The notes: a model not told the origin generated them from the letters alone. A DNA stretch of 37,331 nucleotides from an uncultured Fibrobacterales bacterium (GCA_963934255.1 CAWVXU010000018.1:1-37331), one strand, 5' to 3'; positions 10,002-19,530 are shown, counted from the first letter of the stretch. Numbers and translations: made by a program.

Positions 10002-10907
10002 ATGAAATTAATTATCAAAACAGCAGCCATTATTACATTGATGCTAGGCTCAGTCTTCGCTGTAACAGAGCAAGAAATACTTTTGATGGAACTTTCTGCA
10101 GGCCATGGGGAAAGCTCTGCCGATTTTGATCAAACGATTACTCGTCAACAAGTTGCCAACCAAACCCTTAGAACTCCTCTTCCCAAAGGCATTAAGACTG
10201 GTATTAACACTCGCTTTGCCTATTCTTTTGAATCATTCACTAGCCAAACTCAAGCTTTTGATGTCAGTGGCCAGTCACACAACATCAAAGCTTTTATGGA
10301 AAAAGGGCTAAATGAAGATGTCATCGTCGGGGGATTTTTAAATTACAACGCTATCACAGCTCGAGTCATCAATGAGGGCTTTATAAGTAATTACGTGCTA
10401 GGGGCGTTTGGTAAATATTTTTTACCCGTCGGTGTTGAACAAAACTTAAATGTTGGACTAGGGTACAACTTCATGAGCCTTGATAAGGCTTATAAAACCC
10501 CTATGGGAGAAACTACAGGTCATGATATTTCTGTTTCAATTTCAGGTATACACACAATCAATCAAAGCACCATTCAAGCAGGTTTAATGTACGACTTCTT
10601 CACATTGGGCTATGTATCCAACCACAAAGTTTCAGGAGCATTTCAATTGATTCACCAACTAAATGACAAACTATCCTTAGGCTCTAATTTTATTTACACC
10701 AGACTTATTGGGTATATTTATGACGATGGAATTAATCCAACATATTCACTATCTACAAGGCCCACAACAGAATTCACCACAATTGGGCTTCTTGGTAACT
10801 ACAACTTAACTCAAGATATAGGGTTAAATCTTTCTCTTGAAAAAACACTCAGCATTAATTTTCACAACAATCTTGTTATAGGAATAGGTGCTGAGTTCGG
10901 TTTTTAA
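10002..10907 (+). CDS. Outer-membrane beta-barrel protein (autotransporter-beta-like)
   Basis: RBS AAGGAG (9990-9995); signal peptide (SVFA|V); alternating amphipathic strands; C-terminal Phe (IGAEFGF). Confidence 0.78.
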   Translation: MKLIIKTAAIITLMLGSVFAVTEQEILLMELSAGHGESSADFDQTITRQQVANQTLRTPLPKGIKTGINTRFAYSFESFTSQTQAFDVSGQSHNIKAFMEKGLNEDVIVGGFLNYNAITARVINEGFISNYVLGAFGKYFLPVGVEQNLNVGLGYNFMSLDKAYKTPMGETTGHDISVSISGIHTINQSTIQAGLMYDFFTLGYVSNHKVSGAFQLIHQLNDKLSLGSNFIYTRLIGYIYDDGINPTYSLSTRPTTEFTTIGLLGNYNLTQDIGLNLSLEKTLSINFHNNLVIGIGAEFGF

Positions 10908-10972
10908 TTCAATCTACTCGACCTTTTTCATCTAGTATTGAAGACTGAATAATTATCAATATGTATCATTTG

Positions 10973-10999
10973 AAGCATCTCAATCGAGGCGCTTTTTTT
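10973..10999 (+). terminator. Intrinsic terminator
   Basis: AAGCATCTC-AATC-GAGGCGCTT plus T run (imperfect stem). Confidence 0.65.
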
Positions 11000-11137
11000 G
11001 AAGAGCCTCATCATGCAAGCAAATTTAAAGAACTTTCAATTCACCAAATAACATATTGTTTTTAGCTGTAAATACTCCTTTAAATTGAAAATACTCTCTC
11101 AAAATTCCTAAATCACTAGGTATCTTCACTGAAAAGA

Positions 11138-11160
11138 TGTTATAGTATATCATAGGAGGT
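11138..11160 (+). promoter_or_regulatory. Extended -10 promoter and RBS of the LOG gene
   Basis: TG-T-TATAGT (11138-11146) and AGGAGGT (11154-11160). Confidence 0.5.
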
Positions 11161-11164
11161 CTCT

Positions 11165-12076
11165 ATGACACGCAAAGCCAAAGTTGATAACAAGAGTGAA
11201 TTAGGTTTCCCACACGAGGATCAATTATTTTTATCCAGTGCGGAAGGCCGTAATATCCGAGTACTCTCGGAGTTTATGTCTCCAGCCCATCGATTCGAAA
11301 AATACGGCATTAATAACACGATTGCATTTTTTGGTTCCGCTCGCACCCTAGGTACTCGAGATTGTAAGAAACAGCTCAAAGAAGCCAAGGCCGCTACCAA
11401 GCAGGACAAAAAAGAAATCAAACGTTTAGAAGGTCTGATGAAGGTCGCAAGATACTACGATGAGTGTCGTGAGCTGAGTCGACGTTTATCTGAATGGGGC
11501 AAATCCCGTCCTCAAAGGTATGCCATAGTCACCGGTGGTGGACCAGGTATCATGGAGGCAGGCAATAGAGGTGCCCATGACGCCAAATGCCCTTCCATTG
11601 GTCTCAATATCGAGCTACCATTTGAGCAAGCACCCAATAAGTACATCACTAATGAACTTAACTTAAATTTTAACTATTTCTTTATTCGGAAATATTGGTT
11701 TCTATACATGGCCAAAGCACTCGTTGCTTTTCCTGGTGGTTTCGGTACTTTGGATGAATTCTTTGAAACTCTCACATTGATTCAAACTCAGAAGATGATT
11801 AAGGATATCCCCATAGTTCTCTATGGTAAAGAATTCTGGGAAAAAGTTTTGAATTTGGATTACTTAGCTGAAACATCTATGATTAATCAAGACGATTTAG
11901 ACTTGTTCTTCATAACGGACGATATTGATGAATGTTTCGAATATATCACAACCAAAATTGATGCCAATGCTGACGATTTTGCCAAACTCAACGAGTCCGT
12001 CCAAACGAAAGTCATTAATCTATTTGATGAAGGCCGCCCTAACCAAACCAAACCCAAAAAGAGAAAGTCCAAATAA
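11165..12076 (+). CDS. LOG-family (TIGR00730-like) nucleotide phosphoribohydrolase, long type-II-like form
   Basis: FFGSAR, TGGGPGIMEAGNRGA, YFFIRK, FPGGFGTLDE. Confidence 0.92.
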   Translation: MTRKAKVDNKSELGFPHEDQLFLSSAEGRNIRVLSEFMSPAHRFEKYGINNTIAFFGSARTLGTRDCKKQLKEAKAATKQDKKEIKRLEGLMKVARYYDECRELSRRLSEWGKSRPQRYAIVTGGGPGIMEAGNRGAHDAKCPSIGLNIELPFEQAPNKYITNELNLNFNYFFIRKYWFLYMAKALVAFPGGFGTLDEFFETLTLIQTQKMIKDIPIVLYGKEFWEKVLNLDYLAETSMINQDDLDLFFITDDIDECFEYITTKIDANADDFAKLNESVQTKVINLFDEGRPNQTKPKKRKSK

Positions 12077-12081
12077 AACTC

Positions 12082-12897
12082 ATGAGCACAGAAGCCGATA
12101 TCAAAGCATTTGAGTTTGGAGAGCTAGACAAAAACAGGCCAGGAATTCTTTTTTTGCATGGTTGGACTTCTAGTCCTCGTGAATTACGTTTTTTGGCTCA
12201 ATACATTAGTGAGCCCATAATTTGCCCTTATCATGCTGATACCCCAAAAAAATGGAACGGAGCCTGGTGTTTCGGTCCAACACTTCCCGGCCACGCTAGT
12301 GAATCAAGTGACTTAAACCAGCTAACTAGCCTTGATTATATTCGAGCTGTTACACACTCCTTAGAAACTTTACAAGCCCAGTGTAAAAGAGTCTACATTG
12401 TAGGTATGAGTTTTGGTGGAGCACTCGCTCTTCAACTTGCAAGGTCAAACTCAATCGCAGGACTGATTTTACTAGCACCCTTTATTAATCTCACAGATTC
12501 TAAGATTCTAGGTGTATCTAAGAAATCAATTGTTCAATTTCTACCTGAGAGCACTCCAGATATCAACAAAGGTGAGCCTGGAATAAAAGACCCTGTAGCC
12601 AGATCAGACCACTTCTCATATTCTCAGACTTCTGTTCATTCACTTAAGGTTTTTTTTGATACCGTGGATCAATGTACTCGTGATCTACAAGAAGTCAATA
12701 CACCCACACTTCTCATGCATTCAACTAATGACAAGACAAGTGATTTTCAAAACTCAGTCCATATTTTATCCAAAATTAGTTCAGATGATAAACGCCTTAT
12801 TGCGCTCTCTAAAAGTAACCACATTGTCACACTTGATTACGACCGAAATCGAGTAGAACAAGAAGTGAGAAATTGGATTCTCACTCAAGAGCAATGA
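12082..12897 (+). CDS. Alpha/beta-hydrolase (carboxylesterase/monoacylglycerol lipase-like)
   Basis: LHGW, LPGH, nucleophile elbow GMSFGG, Asp in HSTNDK and His in SNHIV. Confidence 0.9.
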   Translation: MSTEADIKAFEFGELDKNRPGILFLHGWTSSPRELRFLAQYISEPIICPYHADTPKKWNGAWCFGPTLPGHASESSDLNQLTSLDYIRAVTHSLETLQAQCKRVYIVGMSFGGALALQLARSNSIAGLILLAPFINLTDSKILGVSKKSIVQFLPESTPDINKGEPGIKDPVARSDHFSYSQTSVHSLKVFFDTVDQCTRDLQEVNTPTLLMHSTNDKTSDFQNSVHILSKISSDDKRLIALSKSNHIVTLDYDRNRVEQEVRNWILTQEQ

Positions 12898-12956
12898 TTT
12901 TGTAACTTACTCATTGATCCCTAGATAAAACATCTGAACACAAAAAAGAGGTAGTC

Positions 12957-13103
12957 ATGCTCAAACAAATTTCCAACATACCAAAACACACCAAGGGGTT
13001 TGCACATTACTTGGCGTTTGTTGGTGTCATCATCTCAGTCTTTTTTATGATATTCAGCTTATACAGTTGGTGGTCTACACGCCAAAGACGTCAATCCAAT
13101 TAA
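12957..13103 (+). CDS. Small single-TM membrane protein (48 aa), not in the ORF track
   Basis: GAGGT RBS before ATG 12957; MLKQISNIPKHTKGFAHYLAFVGVIISVFFMIFSLYSWWSTRQRRQSN; fills the intergenic gap. Confidence 0.65.
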   Translation: MLKQISNIPKHTKGFAHYLAFVGVIISVFFMIFSLYSWWSTRQRRQSN

Positions 13104-13123
13104 TCATTTGTTAGGGTAGGGGT

Positions 13124-13390
13124 TTAAATACCCATTCCACTCAATCCATCAACGACTCGTCGAATCATTTTAGATAAATCAGGATGAGACTCTCTAAAGT
13201 GAGTCACCCATTTTTCAAGCTCAGTCGCTGCTACTTCATCACCTGCAAAAGTGTCTAAGGTAGGATCAAGTTCCTCTCGAATTTTTGCAGATAATTCAAT
13301 TAATGCATCGCGCTCATCAGAAGTTAGTTTTGAATGATTATCAAGTTCTTTACCTAGTGCATCTAAGGTGCTTTTTAACTTCTCTGACAT
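13124..13390 (-). CDS. DUF4404-family protein
   Basis: 88 aa, helical; C-terminus FRESHPDLSKMIRRVVDGLSGMGI is typical of the family. Confidence 0.85.
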   Translation of the reverse strand: MSEKLKSTLDALGKELDNHSKLTSDERDALIELSAKIREELDPTLDTFAGDEVAATELEKWVTHFRESHPDLSKMIRRVVDGLSGMGI

Positions 13391-13419
13391 TTTAAATCCT
13401 TGTGATTATTTGAATGGGC

Positions 13420-13722
13420 TCATTTTTGGATCACAGGGACTCGGTTTTTTATCTTAATTTGAGCCACCATTTTCCAAGGGTTCTTTAAGAGTATCAATTC
13501 TAAACCTAATATGCACATTAAAAACAAACACCACCAAGGAAAGTCAAATAAAGTAAAATCAAGGATGGACCACCAAAGGATAGAATCAACACCTTGAGAC
13601 TCTAATAGAGTAATGTTTTGGAAAACCGACGTATAGCCCACCAGAGCAACCAATAACATCCAAAGGATGTAAGTCAGTCGTAAGATCTTGCGATTAAAAA
13701 TTTGTATTTCTCTTGCTGTCAT
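13420..13722 (-). CDS. Hypothetical two-TM membrane protein
   Basis: Two hydrophobic segments; start is 13722 (MTAREIQ) or 13737. Confidence 0.6.
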   Translation of the reverse strand: MTAREIQIFNRKILRLTYILWMLLVALVGYTSVFQNITLLESQGVDSILWWSILDFTLFDFPWWCLFLMCILGLELILLKNPWKMVAQIKIKNRVPVIQK

Positions 13723-13821
13723 GCATACATTGTACAAAATGAAATCCTACATATCATAAAATAAGAAGAGCTTCTACTAGTATGTTGAGCAAGCTCACAC
13801 ATCAACCCGTGAATTTCGAAC

Positions 13822-14718
13822 TTAATTCTTTTGGGCTACAACTATAATGACATCCCCCTCAGTCATCTTTTTAGTGCCCACAAGGCCAAAGCCGCATTCA
13901 ACTAAGGCAGTGGCAACTTCTTTTTCAGTATAAAGCCTCACACTCGTTGTCTCGTAGCTGATGAGCCCATTAATTGAGGTCCTCCAAGAACAATCTAAAT
14001 AAGCCGCCTTTAAAGTTTCAGCGGGCTTTTCCAATTCACTTTCTTCATCATCTGCAATTTTCTCAATTCTTTCTTTGACACGAGACTTCACCCATCTTTT
14101 AACGTGACCTCGTTCGGTTATTTGGTCAAAATCAAGTTGTTCACTTTCATTCAAAGATTTGAAGTAGTCAAGTGAGAAGAAATCAAATACAATAATTCCT
14201 GGTGCCTTTAACTCCCCATACCAATTCTGAAGACTTATTTTGAATTCAGCAAGACTGAGATGTCCGACACCATTATACATCGCAATTAATGCCTGACACT
14301 CATTGAGGGTGACATCCATCATGTTGGCGACTTTAAATTCTAGTTGACCCTCTATTATTTGAAATTTATCCGTGGCTGTAACATAATCTGACTTCATCTG
14401 AGCCAGCTTTTTCTGAGCTTCATTGATCATTGAAGGAGAAAGGTCGCTTGCTTGAATTTTAAAATGTTTGAATAGCTCTAATGACTGCGCTCCTGTTCCA
14501 CAACAAACATCTGCTATTTTACTGACATTTTTATTTTGAAATTGAGCCTTTAGGAATCGGTTAAGATGACTTGTGGAGCCACTTTCATCGAGTTCTAGGA
14601 TATCATAAAAAGAGGCCAGCGCTTGGTATGCATCTGGCCTTAAATGGTGGTTGAGAGTGACAATGGGTATGTCTTGGTTAATATCTGACTTCTTCAATGA
14701 TTTGACCGTACATTTCAA
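13822..14718 (-). CDS. Class I SAM-dependent methyltransferase
   Basis: YQALASFYD, IADVCCGTG, SDLSPSMI, LKAPGIIVFD; start uncertain (TTG, overlapping the AP2 gene). Confidence 0.88.
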   Translation of the reverse strand: MKCTVKSLKKSDINQDIPIVTLNHHLRPDAYQALASFYDILELDESGSTSHLNRFLKAQFQNKNVSKIADVCCGTGAQSLELFKHFKIQASDLSPSMINEAQKKLAQMKSDYVTATDKFQIIEGQLEFKVANMMDVTLNECQALIAMYNGVGHLSLAEFKISLQNWYGELKAPGIIVFDFFSLDYFKSLNESEQLDFDQITERGHVKRWVKSRVKERIEKIADDEESELEKPAETLKAAYLDCSWRTSINGLISYETTSVRLYTEKEVATALVECGFGLVGTKKMTEGDVIIVVAQKN

Positions 14719-15112
14719 TTTCTTTTTGGTGACGAATAGATATGGCTTTCTTCAGAGCAGCCTCTTCGCCATATTTGCGAATCGAAACACTTGTGCGGCT
14801 TGTCTTACCAGGCTCTGACTGCCAAGTCACTTCATAAACTGGAGCATCTTTTTTCCAAGTTTTGCGTACTCCGCGAAATCCTGATGTATTATGGGGGTTT
14901 TTCTTAAAGATACGACGTTCAGTATCGGGCTTGCCTAGTTCCACCAAAATTGCCAAACGAACTTCTTTGGCTTTTTGAAAAGCCAATTCTTCTCCTCCAT
15001 TTTTGGAGTCAGATACGTATTTGCGACGGACTTCACCATCATAACTCACTCGGACAAACCATCCGCAATTAGTCTCTGTATTCATACGTGTAATATTTGG
15101 AAATTTCGCCAT
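14678..15112 (-). CDS. Stand-alone tandem AP2-domain DNA-binding protein
   Basis: Two repeats (GWFVRVSYDGEVRRKYVSDSKNGGEELAFQKAKEVR; NTSGFRGV...YEVTW...SVSIRKYGEEAALKKAISIR); no HNH motif. Confidence 0.8.
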   Translation of the reverse strand: MAKFPNITRMNTETNCGWFVRVSYDGEVRRKYVSDSKNGGEELAFQKAKEVRLAILVELGKPDTERRIFKKNPHNTSGFRGVRKTWKKDAPVYEVTWQSEPGKTSRTSVSIRKYGEEAALKKAISIRHQKEIEMYGQIIEEVRY

Positions 15113-15152
15113 TGTAACCCCTAATTAATTTTAAAATATAATTTTTTGGGGC

Positions 15153-15815
15153 TTAAAGGGTGGTTCGAATCAATTCTTTGTAAAATTGTTCTCGAATGTC
15201 TTTGGGTTGCTCTAAGTAGGCCTGAAGCTCATGTTCACGGACATAGCCTGGTATTGATTGCCTATAGATCTGGTCTTTTAGCACTTTTTTTGAACTCAAA
15301 GCTAAATATGCCTCTAAATCTACAACCTTTTCTACCACCTCTCCACGAATAAATGCGGCATCTAACCTCTGAATATGCCAAGACCAAATTTCTTCCCAAG
15401 TCTTATCAGGAGTCACAAAGTGAACATCCCAACCACTCATAGAGTCCAAATGACGTGAAGCCCAAGCATTAGTCGTTGATATCCCACCGGATTTCTCAAA
15501 ATAGTGACCGATGTCAATTATGCGTTGACCATCGAATATATACTGTAATAAATAAGCACCATTGGGGTGCAGAGCCACACGATATCTAATCATGTGGTCC
15601 TCCCCAAGCTGCTCTAGCGTGCGGTCAGCAAAATCACCTACAAAACGAAAACCTTCAGCTTTCATAGATTTTTCAAATACCGATAAGCGTACAAACTCAT
15701 CAGCAGCCGGTGTCGGCAGAGCTTCCATCACCCGAGGGACTGTATAGACAACTTCTAAAGTCTCCGCCAAACGTGAGGCTATTCCTCTAATTGTATTTAA
15801 AATTTCAATATCCAT
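15153..15815 (-). CDS. Hypothetical protein
   Basis: 220-aa ORF co-oriented with the AP2 and methyltransferase genes; no family recognised. Confidence 0.7.
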   Translation of the reverse strand: MDIEILNTIRGIASRLAETLEVVYTVPRVMEALPTPAADEFVRLSVFEKSMKAEGFRFVGDFADRTLEQLGEDHMIRYRVALHPNGAYLLQYIFDGQRIIDIGHYFEKSGGISTTNAWASRHLDSMSGWDVHFVTPDKTWEEIWSWHIQRLDAAFIRGEVVEKVVDLEAYLALSSKKVLKDQIYRQSIPGYVREHELQAYLEQPKDIREQFYKELIRTTL

Positions 15816-15959
15816 AACTAGGACTTCGGCTTTATCAACTATTGCCTTTAGTCAAACTTAAAGTACGATGTAAAAAAACAGCGAAAACTCTTCAGAAACT
15901 TGTATTTTAAGGGACTCACCTTCGTTAAATGATTGTGGCCCCTAACTCAAAGGCTTAAT

Positions 15960-16814
15960 ATGAATTCACCCCTCGCCAAAGAGGCCATAGGAATCGGTCT
16001 TCGAATTACTCATTATCAAGAGATATTTGAAACTTGGCCGGAAATTGACTTTTTTGAGATTATCAGCGAAAACTTTATGGTTGATGGTGGTAAGCCTCTA
16101 GAAAACCTTGATCGTATTCTAGAAAGATACCCAGTGGTTCAACACGGTGTGAGCCTAAATGTCGCTTCGAGTGACCCACTTAATTTTGAGTACTTAAAAA
16201 AACTAAAAGCCCTGACAATTAAAACCAAAACTCCCTTTGTATCAGACCATCTCTGTTGGACAGGTTCTCATGGCCATAACCTTCATGACCTACTTCCGTT
16301 CCCATACACAGATGCAATGGTGAAATACATCGGTGAAAAAGCACGCATTGTTCAAGATTATTTAGAAATACCTTTAGGGCTTGAAAACCTCAGCTCTTAT
16401 GTAAGTTTTTCAAATTCTGAAATGAATGAATGGGAATTTTATACTGAGGTGATTGAGGAAGCCCAATGCTATTACATGTGTGATATTAACAATATTTATG
16501 TCAGCTCCATCAATCACCAATTTGACCCCAAGGATTATATCAAAGGCTTGCGCTGGGATAAAGTTCTTCAATGTCACATCGCAGGTCACACTGAACTGGC
16601 CAATGGTACCATCCTTGACACACATGATCAAGCTGTCAAATCTAGTGTGTGGGATTTATATGACTTTGCTTGGCAGCACTCAGGCGGTTTCCCTACTCTG
16701 CTTGAACGTGATGACAACATACCATCTCTTAAGGAGACTTGGAGTGAAGCCAAGAAAGCTCTCAACGTATCGAGTCGTTGCTTAAGTATTCAAGATAAAG
16801 ATTTGAGGGTTTAG
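15960..16814 (+). CDS. DUF692/UPF0276 multinuclear non-heme iron oxidative enzyme (MNIO), RiPP maturase family
   Basis: GIGLR, EIISENFM, HGVSL, SDHLCW, DLLP, ENLSSY, DINNIYV, HIAGH, LDTHD, LLERD; start probably ATG 15960. Confidence 0.95.
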   Translation: MNSPLAKEAIGIGLRITHYQEIFETWPEIDFFEIISENFMVDGGKPLENLDRILERYPVVQHGVSLNVASSDPLNFEYLKKLKALTIKTKTPFVSDHLCWTGSHGHNLHDLLPFPYTDAMVKYIGEKARIVQDYLEIPLGLENLSSYVSFSNSEMNEWEFYTEVIEEAQCYYMCDINNIYVSSINHQFDPKDYIKGLRWDKVLQCHIAGHTELANGTILDTHDQAVKSSVWDLYDFAWQHSGGFPTLLERDDNIPSLKETWSEAKKALNVSSRCLSIQDKDLRV

Positions 16815-17753
16815 ATGAATCAAGATGAAAGTAAAATCCAAAACCTAAAAATCAACGAAATAATAAAAAGAGTCCACCCACCAGACGGACTTCAAGATTT
16901 TCAAAAGGCGTTTTCTAAAACGATGAGCCAACCTTTTCTTTTTAACAATAAAGAAAAGCAATCTTTTCAATATCAAAAAGATAAGTACGCAACTGAGATT
17001 GTTGAGCTGATGGAAGATCGTCAAGACTTAAAAGGCATTGATCGACTCAGCACTTACAATCAACAATACTGGTTTAGACTTCTCACCAGTATGCAAGGCC
17101 TCTACCCTGTATTAGTTCAACACCTTGGTCTTTACTGTTTTAATCAACTAGTCACAGCCTACCTCGTGGTGCATCCTTCAAAGTCGCCATCCCTCGATCA
17201 ACTCGATGACGAATTTCCTCAGTTTATTCTCAACGGCCACCATCGTTGGCAAAATGAAAACACATTACTTTATTTTGACATGGTAAGTCTTGATTTTATT
17301 TTCTCCAAAGCCTTTGTCTCCATGCAAAAAGAAAGCTTGATTACCTCTAGTCTGACAGCAGAACAAGTCGGCGCCCTAGCTCAAGAACCACTTCCTTTTC
17401 AACCTAGTTTTCATTTATTTAAAAGTGATTGGAATGTCCTTGAATGTAGGCGTATAGTTATCCGAAATAATTCAAATAAAGATTCAGGACAAAACTCTAA
17501 CCAAGAAGCCTTACCCATCAAGAAAGAAACTTGTCAATTGGCAGTGTATCGCAAGAATAATCAACTATTCATCGAAGAACTTCACCCTCTGGCTTTTAAT
17601 TTAATAGAAAATTTGTTTCAAGGTACTAGCCTCTCCGACGCCCTAGGAGAGCTAAGTGAAAAGGTGTCTGAAGCTGAATTAGCCTATCTCAGTAGCAATA
17701 TTCAATCATGGTTTCAAAAATGGTCTCAACTCGGATGGTTTGCATCTAAGTAA
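16815..17753 (+). CDS. DUF2063-like MNIO partner protein (HvfC/BufC-like)
   Basis: RLSTYNQQYWFRLL...YPVL..HLG..F...AYL..HPS.S..L; C-terminal WFQKW..LGWF; abuts the DUF692 gene. Confidence 0.88.
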   Translation: MNQDESKIQNLKINEIIKRVHPPDGLQDFQKAFSKTMSQPFLFNNKEKQSFQYQKDKYATEIVELMEDRQDLKGIDRLSTYNQQYWFRLLTSMQGLYPVLVQHLGLYCFNQLVTAYLVVHPSKSPSLDQLDDEFPQFILNGHHRWQNENTLLYFDMVSLDFIFSKAFVSMQKESLITSSLTAEQVGALAQEPLPFQPSFHLFKSDWNVLECRRIVIRNNSNKDSGQNSNQEALPIKKETCQLAVYRKNNQLFIEELHPLAFNLIENLFQGTSLSDALGELSEKVSEAELAYLSSNIQSWFQKWSQLGWFASK

Positions 17754-17774
17754 TCCGGACTATCTAAAATAAAT

Positions 17775-17810
17775 AAAAAACCATCCACTCAAAAAGTGTC
17801 TGGTTTTTTT
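17775..17810. terminator. Bidirectional intrinsic terminator
   Basis: AAAAAACCA-TC-CACT...AGTG-TC-TGGTTTTTTT between convergent genes. Confidence 0.75.
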
Positions 17811-17852
17811 CAAAATTGAATTGAAGAAGCAATCTCTATTTAAAAATAAAGC

Positions 17853-18338
17853 TTAAATGAATTCTAACTCAGCAAAATACTCCAAATAGGCACCCTGATC
17901 CCAAGCGTTGCCAAAAGGACAACTCTCGTCAAACGCGCGTGAGTAAGCCAATAGTTCTTCAATTTCAATCAAAGCCCAGGGCTGACCATCTAAGCTAAAA
18001 AGCACCGCTTCATCAGTTTCTGACCAAGCGAGTTGGAAACTTTGGGTTTCTTTTGACCCTTGAATAGAATCAACTGAACCATACTCATTAGGAAGAGGAG
18101 GTTGCTGTCCCTGCTCTTGCCAAGCTAGTGAGTCTTCAAAGGTGGGGCATTCTACAACGTTATAAAGAAGTACACTGACAACGGGCGCTTCACCATCATC
18201 ATCTGTTAGATAAAGCCAACAAGATTTCTCATCTTCTTCAACAATGGCCACACGCCCACTAGTTGGGTTTTCTAAAAAGACAAACTTTTTATCAGGATTT
18301 GCATCGCTCGGTGCTTCTTCAAATGTTTGTAGACCCAT
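17853..18338 (-). CDS. Hypothetical acidic protein (DUF2251-like / SUFU-associated N-terminal-like)
   Basis: IVEEDEKSCWLYL, LLYNV, LAWSE.DEAVLF..DG.P, AYSRA, PFGNAWD; AAGGAG RBS supports start 18338; family call is tentative. Confidence 0.6.
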   Translation of the reverse strand: MGLQTFEEAPSDANPDKKFVFLENPTSGRVAIVEEDEKSCWLYLTDDDGEAPVVSVLLYNVVECPTFEDSLAWQEQGQQPPLPNEYGSVDSIQGSKETQSFQLAWSETDEAVLFSLDGQPWALIEIEELLAYSRAFDESCPFGNAWDQGAYLEYFAELEFI

Positions 18339-18373
18339 GGGTACTCCTTGTTTGCACAAAAAGTAACAAAGTC

Positions 18374-18700
18374 CTAACCATGTCGGTATGATATACCTTT
18401 GATAAATTTAAGTGAGGTCGTCTTACCCCAGTATTTTGTTCTCAATCTCCAGAGATACATCTCATCATCTAATTCTTGCATATTAGGCTGAACCATTTCA
18501 AAATACTTGAAATTGATTGCATCTCCTAACTCATTGATGATGGGCTCCTGAACATGGTGAGGATAATGTTTTTGAAAATCAATGTCAGTCGCTTTTGCTT
18601 CTAGAGTTACGGGTTTGTGGAAAAAACGTGATTGCGCTTCTACTATATTCCAAGCAAGGAGGACCAGTACACCGATCATTAATGTGAAGTTTTTGAACAT
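18374..18700 (-). CDS. Small secreted hypothetical protein
   Basis: AAGGAG RBS; signal peptide (IVEA|Q); 108 aa; no Cys. Confidence 0.7.
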   Translation of the reverse strand: MFKNFTLMIGVLVLLAWNIVEAQSRFFHKPVTLEAKATDIDFQKHYPHHVQEPIINELGDAINFKYFEMVQPNMQELDDEMYLWRLRTKYWGKTTSLKFIKGISYRHG

Positions 18701-18964
18701 GGGATTCTCCTTTCCTCACACTTTCATGTGAATACTTTATAGTCCCTGTCTATTAATAGTATACGGATGTTTGAACTCAAAAACTTAGTGCTTTGATAGA
18801 AAGGTGTTCTTTATTACAATCTTTACCTCAAAAGAATCAAATACTTTAAATACCTTAAGCATTTTAATCTCTTCGTTTCAGCTCAATTAAAACAAATATC
18901 CCACACATCATAATTATCTCAAATTTGATACATTTGTTTAAAATTAATACAAAGAGACTTTGAA

Positions 18965-19516
18965 ATGATTTTAGAAATATTAAAAGAACGCTCTCAATCA
19001 TGTGAGCTTTGCAATTCAAAAACTGATCTCAATGCACATCTTGTTTCTCCTAAAATCGACGAAAATAATGACAACTGTGTACTTCTTTGCTCTAACTGTA
19101 TCACTGAAATTCAAAAAGAAAACCTTAATGTCACTCATTGGTTTTGTCTCAATGAATCCGCCTGGACCCAAGAAGCTCCAGTACAAGTTTTAGTTTATAG
19201 ACTTTTATCTCAACTTAGTGAAGATTGGTCACGTGACTTACTTGATCAAATATATTTAGAAGATAAGATAAAAGAATGGGCCGAACTTGGCTTGAATGAT
19301 GATGTTGTAAAAGTCTTCGATTCTTATGGAACTGAACTTTTAGAGGGTGATACTGTTTCTTTGATTAAAAGCTTAGACGTCAAAGGTGGAGGCTTCACAG
19401 CCAAACAAGGTACAATCGTCCGTGGGATTAGACTTGGTAACGACCCTACTCATATTGAAGGCAAAGTCAACGGAACGTCAATCATGCTCAAAACAGAATT
19501 CCTTAAAAAGAATTAA
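18965..19516 (+). CDS. phnA: PhnA/YjdM-family zinc-ribbon protein
   Basis: CELC..LCSNC; C-terminal DSYGTELLEGDTVSLIKSLDVKG..AKQGTIVRGIRL..HIEGKVNG..LKTEFLKK. Confidence 0.9.
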   Translation: MILEILKERSQSCELCNSKTDLNAHLVSPKIDENNDNCVLLCSNCITEIQKENLNVTHWFCLNESAWTQEAPVQVLVYRLLSQLSEDWSRDLLDQIYLEDKIKEWAELGLNDDVVKVFDSYGTELLEGDTVSLIKSLDVKGGGFTAKQGTIVRGIRLGNDPTHIEGKVNGTSIMLKTEFLKKN

Positions 19517-19530
19517 TCAGGACTTAAAAT

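Noticed and set aside
14678..15112. AP2 gene as a homing endonuclease or mobile element
   Set aside because: No HNH or integrase domain, and no terminal repeats or phage genes nearby
15816..15959. Possible MNIO precursor peptide upstream of DUF692
   Set aside because: Only trivial ATG-initiated ORFs (ATG-TAA; MIVAPNSKA*), with no Cys motif or signal peptide
18716..18731. TCACA-N6-TGTGA palindrome resembling a CRP site
   Set aside because: The arms are reversed relative to the TGTGA-N6-TCACA consensus
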